The notes beneath the pieces were generated by a model that searched no databases, had not been told where the DNA came from, and saw only the letters and a program-made list of their open reading frames with translations. DNA of 64,000 bases from contig OZ244879.1 of NCBI GenBank assembly GCA_965221295.1, positions 3,281,603 through 3,345,602 on the forward strand. Direction: 5' to 3'. Positions within the stretch are counted from its first letter, which is position 1, and every line of letters begins with the position of its first letter. The DNA comes from Dehalococcoidia bacterium. Lineage in GTDB: Bacteria > Chloroflexota > Dehalococcoidia > Lucifugimonadales > UBA3495. The position numbers and the translations under genes were made by a program. Below are positions 27,580 to 38,623 of this stretch, in pieces.

Positions 27580-27980
27580 GGCACAACCACCAAGCAGGGG
27601 TGAGGGTCGGGTAGGTCAACTCTGCCAAGACTCTCGGCTCGCTGAGGGTCGCGCAATTCCAGCTTGCCCAGTAGATGCGCCAGTTCATAGCGCAGCTGGC
27701 CTTCGGTCACCTCGATCCTCAAGGACGCGCTTTCGTACTCTGGTATCCGGCTCCGGTCGAAGCGGTAGTTCCGCCGAATGGACTCGTCCCAAACGGCCGT
27801 CAAATAAGCGGCAATCATAGCTGACGGCGCCTGGTGTCTTCGGAAACGCTGCAACTGGGGATGATGGCGGTAGCCGCGGGTTCCGCCGTTGAGAACCTTC
27901 TGCGCCAGCAGGCCCTCGCGCCAAAGGGCCACCAGCCCCTTGGCGTCCAGGTAACCCGGATGCAGCGACCAGAGTCTCAT
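27549..27980 (-). CDS. Pyrimidine dimer DNA glycosylase / endonuclease V family protein
   Basis: The N-terminus MRLWSLHPGYLDAKGLVALWREGLLAQKVL..GYRHHPQLQRF matches the bacterial T4-endoV-like family signature. Its ATG overlaps the upstream stop as ATGA. Confidence 0.8.
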   Translation of the reverse strand: MRLWSLHPGYLDAKGLVALWREGLLAQKVLNGGTRGYRHHPQLQRFRRHQAPSAMIAAYLTAVWDESIRRNYRFDRSRIPEYESASLRIEVTEGQLRYELAHLLGKLELRDPQRAESLGRVDLPDPHPCLVVVPGPIEPWERS

Positions 27981-29584
27981 AGCGGCTGCTTAGCTCCGTC
28001 GGCAATGGCAGCCTTGGCGATTCCTCGGAGCATCCCGCGGAAGATGAAGGCATGCGCCGGCCACAGCCCATACCAGTACAGGCGCCCGCATATCCCCACC
28101 GGGTCGAACTCGGCAGTCTGCCGAACGACGGCGCCTCCACCAACGGCAGGGTTGACCTCAAACTCCAGCCACGCCCGCCCGGGCAGCTTCATCTCCGCAG
28201 CTAGGCGCAAACGCTGACCGGACTCCAAGACTTCCACCCGCCACCAGTCCAAGGTATCTCCTGGCGCCAGGCGCTCCGGATGGCGCCGGCCCCGGCCCAA
28301 ACCCACGCCGCCGACCAGCCGGTCCAGCATTCCCCGTGTTTTCCAGAGATAGTTGGCGAAATACCAGCCCGTCGACCCGCCGATACGCTGGACGACGGCG
28401 AAGGCGGCTTCCGGCGGCGCGGCCACCGCGATCGTTCGGGTGTCCACGTGGCGGGCTCCAAAGCGGGCCGCCGCTCCACGGGGCGATCCGCCTGAGGAGG
28501 AAAGGGCGTCCGACCACCGGGTTTCGACAAACTCCCGGTCCTCGTTCCGCAAGGCTCCCGCGATGGCGTCGGCCACGCCTCGGGGACGTACGTTGAAGCC
28601 TTGGGCGGACTGGGGGTCTTCGACCACGCTGGCATGACGCAGGCTGTCCACCAGTCGTCGCCCAATGCGCGCGTAAACCGGCGTAACCAGCCCCAGCCAG
28701 AGACTGGACAATCGGGGTGTCAGCGCCGGAACTCGGATCATCCAGCGGCGCAGGCCCCGTTGCCGGGCGTATTCGTGCATCAATCCTCCGTAGGAAACTA
28801 CGTCGGCCCCGCCAATCTCCACGATGCGGCTCTCCTGGCAGTGTGGGCTCAGAGCCGCCTCCAGGTATGCCAGCAGGTCGTCGATGGCAATGGGTTGGGC
28901 TGGAACGGACACCCAACGCGGAGTGATCATCACCGGAAGCCGTTCCACCAGCGCCCGCACCACTTCAAAGGAAACGCTGCCGGAACCCACCACGATGGAG
29001 GCGCGAAACTCCAGAACGGACGCCCCCGAATCCCGCAATATCCTGCCGACCCGTTGCCGACTGCGCAGGTGCGGCGACAGGTTGGGCGTGTCCGGACCCA
29101 GCCCGCCCAGGTAGATGATCCGCCGCACGCCGCAGGCGCTGGCCGCCGCCGCGAAGTTCTGGGCGCCGCGGGACTCCTCGGCTTCGAAATCCCCGGATGA
29201 TCCCAGGGCATGGGCGAGATAGTAGGCGACATCGATGTCGCGGCAGGCGCGGTTCAGGCTGTCTGGATCCAGCAGGTCGCCTCGAACCACTTCGGTGTCG
29301 GCGGAGACAGTTGGCTGCAGAAACTCGGGCCGCCGCGCCAAGCACCGGACGCGGTAGCCCTTCCGTTCCAGCAACCCCAGCAATCGGCGGCCCACGTAGC
29401 CCGTGGAACCCACCAGCAGGATTCGCGGGCGGCCGTTGGGGTCGGTATCCGCTTGTTCGGGCGTGAATTCCGTGGGTGTGAATTCTGTGGGCGTGGTTTC
29501 AGTTGGCATGATTCCCGGCTCGCGGGGGAAATGGGCTAAAAGCGGGTTGGCGTCCTGCAAAAGCTTTGGCTCTTCACTCCTCAT
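27977..29584 (-). CDS. NAD(P)-binding SDR/epimerase-like domain fused to a DUF2867-like C-terminal domain
   Basis: ILLVGSTGYVGRRL Rossmann motif. The C-terminal YWYGLWPAHAFIFRGMLRGIA is typical of DUF2867. The start is uncertain: 29584 overlaps the methylase gene by 11 nt, and 29509 is the alternative. Confidence 0.75.
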   Translation of the reverse strand: MRSEEPKLLQDANPLLAHFPREPGIMPTETTPTEFTPTEFTPEQADTDPNGRPRILLVGSTGYVGRRLLGLLERKGYRVRCLARRPEFLQPTVSADTEVVRGDLLDPDSLNRACRDIDVAYYLAHALGSSGDFEAEESRGAQNFAAAASACGVRRIIYLGGLGPDTPNLSPHLRSRQRVGRILRDSGASVLEFRASIVVGSGSVSFEVVRALVERLPVMITPRWVSVPAQPIAIDDLLAYLEAALSPHCQESRIVEIGGADVVSYGGLMHEYARQRGLRRWMIRVPALTPRLSSLWLGLVTPVYARIGRRLVDSLRHASVVEDPQSAQGFNVRPRGVADAIAGALRNEDREFVETRWSDALSSSGGSPRGAAARFGARHVDTRTIAVAAPPEAAFAVVQRIGGSTGWYFANYLWKTRGMLDRLVGGVGLGRGRRHPERLAPGDTLDWWRVEVLESGQRLRLAAEMKLPGRAWLEFEVNPAVGGGAVVRQTAEFDPVGICGRLYWYGLWPAHAFIFRGMLRGIAKAAIADGAKQPL

Positions 29585-32483
29585 ACCGCACGTTTCGCGG
29601 CCGGGCCTTGCCACCGTGAACGGATGGTTCGGCGCACCACTTGGCGGCCAGGCGACGCACCGCGCGGTACACGTCATCTTCGAAGCCCAGCAGGTCGCAG
29701 ACGACGCGACGGTCCAGCAGGGCGCGGTTGGGGTCGGCGTCGGCCAAATAGGCGGGTTGCAACTCCAGGTCTCGGAACTCGTCGAAGATGGTCTCGGCAG
29801 TGGCAAGCTGGTCATCCGTGAGAGTACGGAAGTCAAGCACGGGTAGGGTTTCGGCGGAGCGGATGGTCATGCTCGCTTTGCTGGACTGTTGGCGGCTGGA
29901 ATGCCACCAATGCGATAGCAAACCCAACGTGCTGTTGCCCCAGATTGAGAAGGCATAGTCAAACCGTGAGTCTTCGAAGGACACGTTGGGCCATACTCGA
30001 CCGCCTGCTGATGGTTGGTTCGTAAAGGCTACAGAGAGCGCTTGAGACCCGAAAGTGAAATCACGGTTCAAATGGGCGCGGCTGACTGTGGCCCAAACTT
30101 CGGCAGCCCTGACCTCCATGCCAGGCCTAACTTGCAACGACTGGTCCGGAGCGCAGACCATCCGCGTTTCGCGAGGGGCGTGATGATTCCACAACGCCGG
30201 ATAAGATGCCGTTGGGCTGGCTGCAACCCGGGTAAAAGGCCCGTTGTGGGCGTCGCTGATGTAGAGCTGAGAATCGAGGCCGCGCTGCCCAACATCACTC
30301 AGTGGAGCGACGGGCAACGTCAGGCCTTCTAATCGAGTCGGCAACCATAGTTGGCCGTCCGAAAGAGCGTGGGCTACTTGGGCTAGGGTCGCGTCAGTCA
30401 GTCTCGCCGCGCCCCATCCGTTCTCATATCCGTCAATTGGAGCGTCCAATATTTCGCCATCCACCGTTGCGGCGTCGCCGCATTGAACGAAAATTCCTCC
30501 GTAGGGGCCGTCTTCCAAACGCCGTACCTCAGTCGCGTTTTGAATGGCGTCGGCGACTTCCCTGGCTTCGAGGAAACTCTGCGGCCGACGTCGAAGCGAA
30601 ACGAACTGCGCCCGGCCAGTGGGCGTATCGCTTTCCAATTTGCGGCGGGCGACCACCAAACATTCGGCAATGCCCGTATCCGACGAGAAGGACATGTCAT
30701 CGCCCTCAGCCGCGATGCTGACGATGGTAACGTCAACGTAATGCGTGGCGATCATCTGCCGGAACTTCGCCCAGGATGCGCCGTTGATGGCGGTAAAGGG
30801 CAACACCAGCGCCAGTACGCCGCCCGGTCGCAGTTTCTTGTCCGCGATGGCAGCGAACGCGGAACCCAGGCCGGCGTGGCCATGATAGTAGGAGTTCCGC
30901 GCCAGGCGAATCAGGCGGGCCGACATATCGTCCTGGTCTGCGACCGACGCGCCGAAGGCGGCAAAGGCGGCATTTTGCACGTTGCCGGCAGCGTCTCGGT
31001 GCTTGGTGTTGCTGGTGAACGGCGGGTTCATTATCACCAGGTCAAAGCCCTGGTCTGGCATGTCCGCTATGATCTGCGCCGCCGTTTCCTCGCCGACGCT
31101 GCCGGTGCGCCGCGCCGGGTCGCTGGTGTTGAACAGCGTCAACGCCGCAGAGGATTGAAGCAATTCCAACGAGCCAATGGCAACGCTGCCATCCCGTTGC
31201 CGCCCATAGGCCAGGGTATAGAGTCGCGAGTTATCAAACTGGACCGACGGCGCAATTCCTGAAAGGGTGGACCCGGTGATGTGAATGGCCGATGGCATTA
31301 CGTCGCAGCCGTAAAGCGTTTCTTCCAGCATCGTCGGATGCAACGCGGAGGGGTCTCCGCCGGTGCGTTCGTGGCGCGCGGCGATCTGCTGATACGCCGC
31401 CGACAGCAGAGCCCCCGTGCCGCAGGCGAAGTCGCCGACCCGCAAGGCGCCGATGCTTTCGCTACTGGACCAGTCAACCCCGCGCATTTTGCCGACAGCG
31501 AGCCTGGCCAAAAACGCCGCCGACGCCGGCAAGGTATAGAAGGTGGCCAGGTACTTGCGGTCAGCGATCAATCGTTGGAAGATGCGCCCGGTCAGGTCGT
31601 GGGCGATGCTGGCGCCGGCGCGGGATACTTCAAGGGCGGTATCCCGCAAAATTTCCAGTACCATTGCTCCCGGGCCAGAGGGAATATGTTCCAATATGTC
31701 CTTGGCGATGGAAAAAATCGCCCAGTAGTTGACCCTGAGAATTTCCCCCCACGCATCCAGCGTGTCTCCAAATGGGTTGCTCACATCCGGGCCGCAAACC
31801 AGGCGCAGTGGCTTGATGCCGTGGAACCCGGACAGCCGCTCGTGAAAAATCAGGGCGTTGGCGACGATGGCGCAGGCCATGCGCCGGGTTTGGGGAACAT
31901 CCGGCATCCCGAGCAAACTCGCGATGCTGGGCATGGTGTCCGGCCGCAGTTGATGCATCTGGTTGAGAACCGTCACGCCCCGCTCGATGCCCTGCTCCAG
32001 TTGCGCGGCCGCCAGGTTAACGGCGTTTTGGGGGATGGATACCAAACTGACCAGATCAGCCAGATCTGTTACCGAGCCTTGCAGCCAGCCCGTTTCGGGG
32101 AAGCGGCCGCCATCCTGGTACAGTACGGCGTAGGAAAGGCGGGCCTCGCATAGGGCGGAGCGAAGGTCGTCGGCAAAACGCACCGAATCGGGGTAGCGCA
32201 GCGCGATGGCGGCCTCGATTGGGTGCGCTTCGCCCACCACGGGCAGTCCGAGGCGTCCGGCGGCGTCGCCCTCGGCCGTCCCCAGGGCTTCGTATTGCGC
32301 TTCCACCACCACTGGAGCTCGGTCGGGCGCGGTGATGAGGTTGTCAAGCTGAAGGCCAGGCTGGCCGTCAATCAACTGCGTGTTCTCAGAGCGCGCCAGG
32401 CAGCCGAAGAGCATCCCGCTTAGCAGGTTGCCCAACTCGGCATTGACTCTGGGTTCGCTGTGTCTGGGCTGTTGGATGGTCAT
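29574..32483 (-). CDS. Large gamma-class N6-adenine DNA methyltransferase-like protein (type IIG/IIL-like architecture)
   Basis: 969 aa. Motif I VGDFACGTGALL lies upstream of motif IV VIMNPPF. There are long N-terminal and C-terminal extensions. A possible PD..E-x-Q lies at APDRAPVVVEAQ. Confidence 0.75.
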   Translation of the reverse strand: MTIQQPRHSEPRVNAELGNLLSGMLFGCLARSENTQLIDGQPGLQLDNLITAPDRAPVVVEAQYEALGTAEGDAAGRLGLPVVGEAHPIEAAIALRYPDSVRFADDLRSALCEARLSYAVLYQDGGRFPETGWLQGSVTDLADLVSLVSIPQNAVNLAAAQLEQGIERGVTVLNQMHQLRPDTMPSIASLLGMPDVPQTRRMACAIVANALIFHERLSGFHGIKPLRLVCGPDVSNPFGDTLDAWGEILRVNYWAIFSIAKDILEHIPSGPGAMVLEILRDTALEVSRAGASIAHDLTGRIFQRLIADRKYLATFYTLPASAAFLARLAVGKMRGVDWSSSESIGALRVGDFACGTGALLSAAYQQIAARHERTGGDPSALHPTMLEETLYGCDVMPSAIHITGSTLSGIAPSVQFDNSRLYTLAYGRQRDGSVAIGSLELLQSSAALTLFNTSDPARRTGSVGEETAAQIIADMPDQGFDLVIMNPPFTSNTKHRDAAGNVQNAAFAAFGASVADQDDMSARLIRLARNSYYHGHAGLGSAFAAIADKKLRPGGVLALVLPFTAINGASWAKFRQMIATHYVDVTIVSIAAEGDDMSFSSDTGIAECLVVARRKLESDTPTGRAQFVSLRRRPQSFLEAREVADAIQNATEVRRLEDGPYGGIFVQCGDAATVDGEILDAPIDGYENGWGAARLTDATLAQVAHALSDGQLWLPTRLEGLTLPVAPLSDVGQRGLDSQLYISDAHNGPFTRVAASPTASYPALWNHHAPRETRMVCAPDQSLQVRPGMEVRAAEVWATVSRAHLNRDFTFGSQALSVAFTNQPSAGGRVWPNVSFEDSRFDYAFSIWGNSTLGLLSHWWHSSRQQSSKASMTIRSAETLPVLDFRTLTDDQLATAETIFDEFRDLELQPAYLADADPNRALLDRRVVCDLLGFEDDVYRAVRRLAAKWCAEPSVHGGKARPRNVRYEE

Positions 32484-32500
32484 GCCAAGGGTCTGTGGTC

Positions 32501-32612
32501 AGCCGGGTCAATCGCTAGCCGGGTCGATTCCTGGCCGGGTCGATTCCTAGCCGGGTCGATCACTAGTCGAGTCGTTTGCGGGCCTGATAAATCGCCAGCC
32601 GGCTCAATCGCT
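32501..32612. repeat. 7 x 16-bp tandem repeat starting 18 nt upstream of the methyltransferase start codon
   Basis: The units are AGCCGGGTCAATCGCT, AGCCGGGTCGATTCCT, GGCCGGGTCGATTCCT, AGCCGGGTCGATCACT, two degenerate units, then AGCCGGCTCAATCGCT. Confidence 0.9.
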
Positions 32613-33190
32613 GCCGCCACTAATTCTAACCGATTTTGAACAATCTCCCCACACCGGCGCCCGCTCGTCGCCCGTTCCCAGCATAATTTCCGACGGTATC
32701 GGCGCCGGCCCCGCCGTGGCCGCCAACCTTGCGATTTCGGTTCCCAGGCCGTTCGCCGCTTCCATGATCCAGGCAAGGCTGGCGCCATGAGACGACGGAT
32801 TCGACAGCGCCGTCAACGGTGACGGCGATTGCGGCTATGGGCGGGGCGAACCCCTACTGGGGCGCCGCGCGTTAGTTCCCTCTGAACGGTCCGCGGACGC
32901 TACCGCGAGCCGGTTCTGTGCTTGACTTCCCGCGGGTCACGATTGCCGCGCGGCGTTCGCAATTGCCGGATTTTGGGCCGGCGCCGACCGGAGAGTGGGC
33001 CGGCGCCTATGGGTCGCAAAACGCGGCGAGCGCTGGAGATCAAGGTCGCCGGCCGATTCATCGGTCTGGCCTATCATCATCGTTGACGGCGTGATAGAAT
33101 CCTCGCGCAAAACTGGGACGCCCCACGGACTATTGCGGATCGCGGCCCGGCCATGCGACGGATGAATTTTTCGCTTTCTCAGAGGCAAAG

Positions 33191-36100
33191 ATGCGTAGGC
33201 TGCTCCAAGAATCTCTCGTCGCCCGTCGCCCCCTGGCGATATTCGCCTCGCTGCTGGCTGCCGGCCTGATTCTCCTCATCTCCACCACGGCAACGGCTCA
33301 GCAGACTCCTACGCCTACGCCGCAGCCCACGGCCACGCCGACCCCTGCGGCCACAGCCACGCCCACGCCAGCGGCCACGGCAACGCCTACTCCGAGCTTG
33401 GGCACCGATAAGGCGGCGTTGCAGGCCCTGTACAACGCCACCGACGGCGCCAATTGGCACGTCAACACGGGGTGGGACTTCACCACCACCCCCAGCAACT
33501 CCTGGCACGGCGTGACCGTCCGCAACGGGCGGGTAACCGAGCTGGATCTGGACAGTCCCAAGACAATTGGCGGCGTCACGCTGTTGGGCAACGGGCTGGA
33601 TGGAACTCTGCCGGCGGCGTTGGGCAATCTGGACGCCCTGACCTTACTTCACCTGGGAGACAATAGCCTCACGGGCAGCATCCCCGCCGAACTGGGGAAC
33701 CTGTCCAATCTGCAGTACCTGGAAATTGACGATAACAGCCTGAGCGGCAGCATCCCCGCCGCGCTGGGGAACCTGTCCAAGCTGCAACGCCTGGACCTTC
33801 ACTTCAATAGCCTGAGCGGCGGCATCCCCAGCGAACTGGGCAGCTTGGCCGAGCTGCGGTACCTGGATCTTAAGGAAAACAATCTCACCGGCAGCATCCC
33901 CAGCGAACTGGGTGACCTCAGCAAGCTTGAGGAATTGGACCTAAGTGACAATGGGCTGACCGGAGGGATTCCCGCGGAATTGGGCAACCTTTCGCAGTTG
34001 ACTGAACTGGATCTCAATTTCAACGCCCTGGACGGCTCGATCCCCGAAGAATTGGGAGACCTTGGTGAACTGACTGTCCTCCTGCTTTATGGCAACAACC
34101 TCACCGGTTCTATTCCAACGGAACTGGGCGACTTGGCCAAGCTGAAGGGCCTTTACCTTGGGTACAATGATCTGACCGGCTCCATCCCGGTAGAATTGGG
34201 CCAGTTGACGGAGCTAACATTCCTGGCCCTCCCATCAAACGACCTGAGCGGAACGTTGCCGTCGCAACTGGGCAACCTGAGCAAACTGACCCATCTGTTT
34301 TTGCAGGGTTCCGGACTATCCGGCCCGATTCCCGCCACCTTCACCAACTTGACTGCGATGGAAAACATCGTGGTTACCAACACCGGGCTCTGCATCCCCG
34401 CCGGGCAGACTGCCCTGACTTCCTGGTACTCAGGCATCTCCAACCGGCAGCCAAGCGCCATGTCCACCTGCTCGACCACGACACCAACGCCGGCGCCCAC
34501 GGCCACGCCCACGCCAACACCAGCTCCCACGGCTACTCCGGCGCCGACAGCCACACCCACGCCAACGCCTACGGGGAGTCTGGCCACCGACAAGGCGGCG
34601 TTGCAGGCCTTGTACAACGCCACCGATGGCGCCAACTGGCACGACAGCGCCGGGTGGGACTTCACCACCAACCCCAGCAACTCTTGGTTCGGCGTGACCG
34701 TCAGCGGCGGCCGGGTGACCGAGCTTGACTTGAACTACGTGAAGAACATTGGCGGCGTACCGACGGAAGGCAACGGTCTGGATGGCGCGCTACCGTCGTC
34801 GATGGGAACACTCAGCGCCCTGACCGAACTCGACCTGGCCGGCAACAGCCTCAGCGGCAGCATTCCCAGCGAGTTGGGAGACCTCAGCAACCTCACTGAG
34901 CTGATACTTGACGGAAACGACCTGACCGGCGCGATTCCCGAGGAATTGGGAGATCTCGCCAAATTGGAGCAGCTCAACCTCGCTTTCAACGCTTTGACCG
35001 GCTCCATCCCTGAAGAGCTGGCGGACCTCAGCGAGTTGGAAATCCTCCTGCTCTACGGCAACCAGCTGACCGGTTCCATTCCACCAGAGCTGGGCGACCT
35101 GGCCAAATTGAGGCATCTCTTCATCGGTTACAACGACCTGAGTGGAACCATTCCAAAGGAACTGGGCAACCTGACAGAACTGACCTATCTGGGATTGCCT
35201 TCGATTGACATATCTGGAACCTTCCCGCCGGAACTGGGCAACCTGACCAAGCTAGGCTCTTTGTACGTGCAGACCACCCAACTCTCTGGCCCGATTCCTG
35301 CCACGTTTACCAACCTGACGGCCCTCGCCAACTTGGTAATAACCGAAACAGACATCTGCATTTCCGCCGGCGATACGGCCCTGACAACCTGGTACGCTGG
35401 CATCACAAACGCTCGGCCAAGTACGGCGCCCACCTGCGCAAGCACGACACCCACACCCACGCCGGTCCCGACAGCGACACCGGCTCCCACAGCCACACCC
35501 ACGCCGGCTCCCACGGCCACACCGACGCCGACCCCTACCGCCACTCCGCAACCTACCGCCACGGCTACTCCAGCGCCGACGGCTACGCCAACGCCGGCTC
35601 CCACGGCCACGCCTACTCCGGCTCCTACAGCCACGCCGACGCCGACGCCAGCGCCCACAGCCACGCCTACTCCGGCTCCTACGGCAACGCCAACGCCGGC
35701 GCCTACGGCTACACCAACGCCGACAGCCACGCCCTTGCCGGGCCTGCCCACGGACAAGGCAGCGTTGCAGGCCCTGTACAACGCCACCGACGGCGATAAC
35801 TGGCACGACAACACAGGGTGGGACTTCACCACCGACCCAAGTTCGTCTTGGGAGGGGGTGACGGTCACTGACGGGCGGGTAACGAGATTGCAATTGGTCA
35901 ACAACAATCTTAAAGGCTCGCTCCCGGCTGAGTTGGGGGACTTGTCGGAGCTTACCTACCTGCAGATCAGTGACCATCAAGAAACCTTGACAGGCGCGAT
36001 CCCCTCAGAGTTAGGCAAGCTTGCCAAACTAACGCAACTGCGTCTGAATCACAACAGGTTGAGTGGGTCTATTCCGACACGTTTGGGTGGCCTTTCAAAA

Positions 36101-38527
36101 CTGACCCGCCTATACCTGCATTCCAACTTGAGCCTGAGCGGAACGATTCCGCCGGAGTTGGGCGACCTTTCGGAACTACAGCTTCTGTACTTGAACTCGA
36201 ACAATTTGGACGGGCAGATACCTGTAGAATTGGGAAACCTTTCGAATTTGGAGAGGCTTTATCTTTACGGTAATGACTTGCGCGGATCGATCCCCGGTGA
36301 GCTAGGCAGTATCTCGCAGCTGCAATGGCTGTCTGTTGCCCGAAACCAACTCTCGGGAAAGTTGCCGTCGGAACTGGGTGGACTGACCAAGATTGCCCGA
36401 CTCCATGTGTACGGTAACGAGCTCTATGGCCCCATCCCTTCCTCGTTCACCAATATGGTTAGTCTTTATGACTTCCGAGGATATGAAAACGACTTTTGTA
36501 TTCTCGCCAGGGACACCGAGGTCGCCGCTTGGTATGGCAACATACAACAGAGGAATCCGGGCAGCCTCCGTGCCTGTGATCCTCCCACCGCGCCCACCGG
36601 CTTCACTGCCTCGCTCAGCGCCGGTGGCAGTGGGGCGGATCTATCTTGGACCGACCCACAGGATGCGGACATCACCGGTTGGCAGTACCGTCATAAGGAG
36701 GGCAGTGGCGAGTACGGAGACTGGACAAACATCGCCGGCAGCGATGCCACAACCACCTCTCACAGCGTTCCCGACCTGTCCGCAGGGGAGACCCACACCT
36801 TCCAAGTGCGAGCCATCAGCGACGAAGGAGGAAGCGCCGCCTCGGAGGAGGCAAGCGTGACTACTCCACCGCCCACGGCCACGCCAACGCCAGCGCCTAC
36901 GGCCACACCGGCGCCTACCGCGACGCCGGAACCGACGGCTACCCCGCAACCGACGGCTACGCCTACGGCAACGCCGGCTCCGACAGCCACGCCAACGCCG
37001 GGACTGGCCACGGACAAGGCGGCGCTGCAGGACCTGTACAACGCCACCGGCGGCGACAACTGGCACAACAACTCCGGCTGGGACTTCACCACCGACCCCA
37101 GCAACTCCTGGTTCGGCGTCACCGTCGAAAACGGCCGGGTTACCAGGTTGCTCCTTCATGCCAACAACCTGACCGGTCAGATACCGTCGAAACTGGGCGA
37201 CCTCGCCAATCTCACTGAATTGCACCTTTACTACAACAATCTGAGCGGTTCGATCCCGGCGGAACTGGGCGACCTCGCCAATCTCACTGAATTGCGCCTT
37301 TACGGCAACAAGCTGAGCGGTTCCATCCCCGCGGAACTGGGCGACCTCTCCAATCTCACTGTCTTCTGGCTTAACGGCAACGACCTGGACGGCTCGATTC
37401 CGGAGGAATTGGGCGACCTCTCCAATCTCACTGAATTGCGACTTAGCGGCAACGACCTGAGCGGTTCTATCCCGGCGGAACTGGGCGACCTCTCCAATCT
37501 TGTCCGCTTGTCCCTCAACCACAACGACCTGAGCGGGTCGATACCAGCGGAACTGGGCGACCTCTCCAATCTCGTTCACCTGTACCTTAACAGCAACGAC
37601 CTGAGCGGTTCGATTCCGGCGGGACTGGGGAATTTGTCCAAGCTGGAATCTCTGTACGTGCATGACACCCAACTCTCCGGCCCGATTCCTGCCACGTTTA
37701 CCAACCTGACGGCCCTCACCGGCTTCACAATACTCGAAACAGACATCTGCATTTCCGCCGGTGATACGGCCCTAACCACCTGGTACGCTGGCATTACGAA
37801 TGCTCAGCCAAGTACGGCGCCCACCTGCGAACCCGCCAAGCCGGAGGGATTCACCGCCACGCCGCAGGACGGCAGCGTCCGGTTGGAGTGGCAGGCCGAC
37901 GACCGGGCCGATGAGTGGCATTACCGGTTCCGCGCCTGGGACGGCAGTTTTGGCGACTGGCAGTCCATCGCGGGCAGCGACGGCGACACCACCCAGTTCG
38001 TGGTCACGGGCCTGACCAACGGTACCGAGTACGAGTTCCAGGTCAGGGCCAGCAACTCCGCAGGAAACGGCCCCGACTCCGACGTGGAGTACGCCAGACC
38101 CGCCGGCCCCGGAGAACCGGAGGCGCCAGGGATCACCGGCGTGGTGGCCGGAAGCAGCCCGGGCAGCCTCGCCATCACTTGGACTTGGACGGGAACCTCC
38201 TGCTACATAACGGGAACATCGGCCGGTTACGAAGTCCAATACAAGAAGGCGTCGGTGTCCGCGTGGCGCGGCGCCTGGGAGGTGGATGAAGGCGCCCTGG
38301 CCAACAACGCGGACAGCGGAGCCTACGAGGGGTTCGAGGACTACGGCGAGAGCCAGACTGTGACCGATACCTTCACCATCGACGCCTCGGCGGGACACGG
38401 AGCCTGGGGCCAGGTGGGGGTGACGCTGGACCCGGTGGTGTACGACGTGCGGGTGCTGGTGTACAGCCCCGGCTGTTCCAACCCGTGGAGCGAGGCCGCC
38501 ACATCCAGCGGAACCCCAGCGAATTAG
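33191..38527 (+). CDS. Giant secreted protein: four plant-type LRR modules separated by Pro/Thr linkers, plus FN3 domains
   Basis: Signal-like N-terminus. A DKAALQ(A/D)LYNATDG.NWH..(T/S/A)GWDFTT..S.SW.GVTV..GRVT.L cap recurs at nt 33407, 34589, 35753 and 37013. Each cap is followed by 24-aa L..L..L.L..N.L(S/T)G.IP.ELG.L repeats. FN3-like segments lie near 36585-36865 and 37830-38500. Confidence 0.85.
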   Translation: MRRLLQESLVARRPLAIFASLLAAGLILLISTTATAQQTPTPTPQPTATPTPAATATPTPAATATPTPSLGTDKAALQALYNATDGANWHVNTGWDFTTTPSNSWHGVTVRNGRVTELDLDSPKTIGGVTLLGNGLDGTLPAALGNLDALTLLHLGDNSLTGSIPAELGNLSNLQYLEIDDNSLSGSIPAALGNLSKLQRLDLHFNSLSGGIPSELGSLAELRYLDLKENNLTGSIPSELGDLSKLEELDLSDNGLTGGIPAELGNLSQLTELDLNFNALDGSIPEELGDLGELTVLLLYGNNLTGSIPTELGDLAKLKGLYLGYNDLTGSIPVELGQLTELTFLALPSNDLSGTLPSQLGNLSKLTHLFLQGSGLSGPIPATFTNLTAMENIVVTNTGLCIPAGQTALTSWYSGISNRQPSAMSTCSTTTPTPAPTATPTPTPAPTATPAPTATPTPTPTGSLATDKAALQALYNATDGANWHDSAGWDFTTNPSNSWFGVTVSGGRVTELDLNYVKNIGGVPTEGNGLDGALPSSMGTLSALTELDLAGNSLSGSIPSELGDLSNLTELILDGNDLTGAIPEELGDLAKLEQLNLAFNALTGSIPEELADLSELEILLLYGNQLTGSIPPELGDLAKLRHLFIGYNDLSGTIPKELGNLTELTYLGLPSIDISGTFPPELGNLTKLGSLYVQTTQLSGPIPATFTNLTALANLVITETDICISAGDTALTTWYAGITNARPSTAPTCASTTPTPTPVPTATPAPTATPTPAPTATPTPTPTATPQPTATATPAPTATPTPAPTATPTPAPTATPTPTPAPTATPTPAPTATPTPAPTATPTPTATPLPGLPTDKAALQALYNATDGDNWHDNTGWDFTTDPSSSWEGVTVTDGRVTRLQLVNNNLKGSLPAELGDLSELTYLQISDHQETLTGAIPSELGKLAKLTQLRLNHNRLSGSIPTRLGGLSKLTRLYLHSNLSLSGTIPPELGDLSELQLLYLNSNNLDGQIPVELGNLSNLERLYLYGNDLRGSIPGELGSISQLQWLSVARNQLSGKLPSELGGLTKIARLHVYGNELYGPIPSSFTNMVSLYDFRGYENDFCILARDTEVAAWYGNIQQRNPGSLRACDPPTAPTGFTASLSAGGSGADLSWTDPQDADITGWQYRHKEGSGEYGDWTNIAGSDATTTSHSVPDLSAGETHTFQVRAISDEGGSAASEEASVTTPPPTATPTPAPTATPAPTATPEPTATPQPTATPTATPAPTATPTPGLATDKAALQDLYNATGGDNWHNNSGWDFTTDPSNSWFGVTVENGRVTRLLLHANNLTGQIPSKLGDLANLTELHLYYNNLSGSIPAELGDLANLTELRLYGNKLSGSIPAELGDLSNLTVFWLNGNDLDGSIPEELGDLSNLTELRLSGNDLSGSIPAELGDLSNLVRLSLNHNDLSGSIPAELGDLSNLVHLYLNSNDLSGSIPAGLGNLSKLESLYVHDTQLSGPIPATFTNLTALTGFTILETDICISAGDTALTTWYAGITNAQPSTAPTCEPAKPEGFTATPQDGSVRLEWQADDRADEWHYRFRAWDGSFGDWQSIAGSDGDTTQFVVTGLTNGTEYEFQVRASNSAGNGPDSDVEYARPAGPGEPEAPGITGVVAGSSPGSLAITWTWTGTSCYITGTSAGYEVQYKKASVSAWRGAWEVDEGALANNADSGAYEGFEDYGESQTVTDTFTIDASAGHGAWGQVGVTLDPVVYDVRVLVYSPGCSNPWSEAATSSGTPAN

Positions 38528-38585
38528 TTGGAGTAGGTCGCGAAGCGAGTGAGCGCAGGAACAGCCCGGGGCGCTCACAGAGCCA

Positions 38586-38623
38586 ATAGGGGAAGGCCGT
38601 CCAAATTGGTGGCCCTCCCCTAT
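38586..38623 (+). terminator. Stem-loop downstream of the LRR gene (possible terminator)
   Basis: ATAGGGGAAGGCC, 12-nt loop, GGCCCTCCCCTAT (13-bp stem with 1 mismatch). No clear U-run follows. Confidence 0.4.

Noticed and set aside
27977-29836. N-terminal extensions suggested by the ORF track for the SDR/DUF2867 gene (to 29836), the ASST-like gene (to 47601), the HIBADH-like gene (to 26266), hyuB (from 7484), the amidohydrolase-2 gene (from 59660) and hspR (to 55657).
   Set aside because: The extensions overlap neighbouring genes or promoters and are compositionally odd. Internal starts have SD sequences and begin at the family-typical N-termini.
32604-33188. Small minus-strand ORFs (32604-32816 and 32937-33188) upstream of the methyltransferase repeat array, considered as possible controller (C) proteins.
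   Set aside because: They have no HTH pattern and no SD, and their composition is typical of non-coding high-GC DNA.
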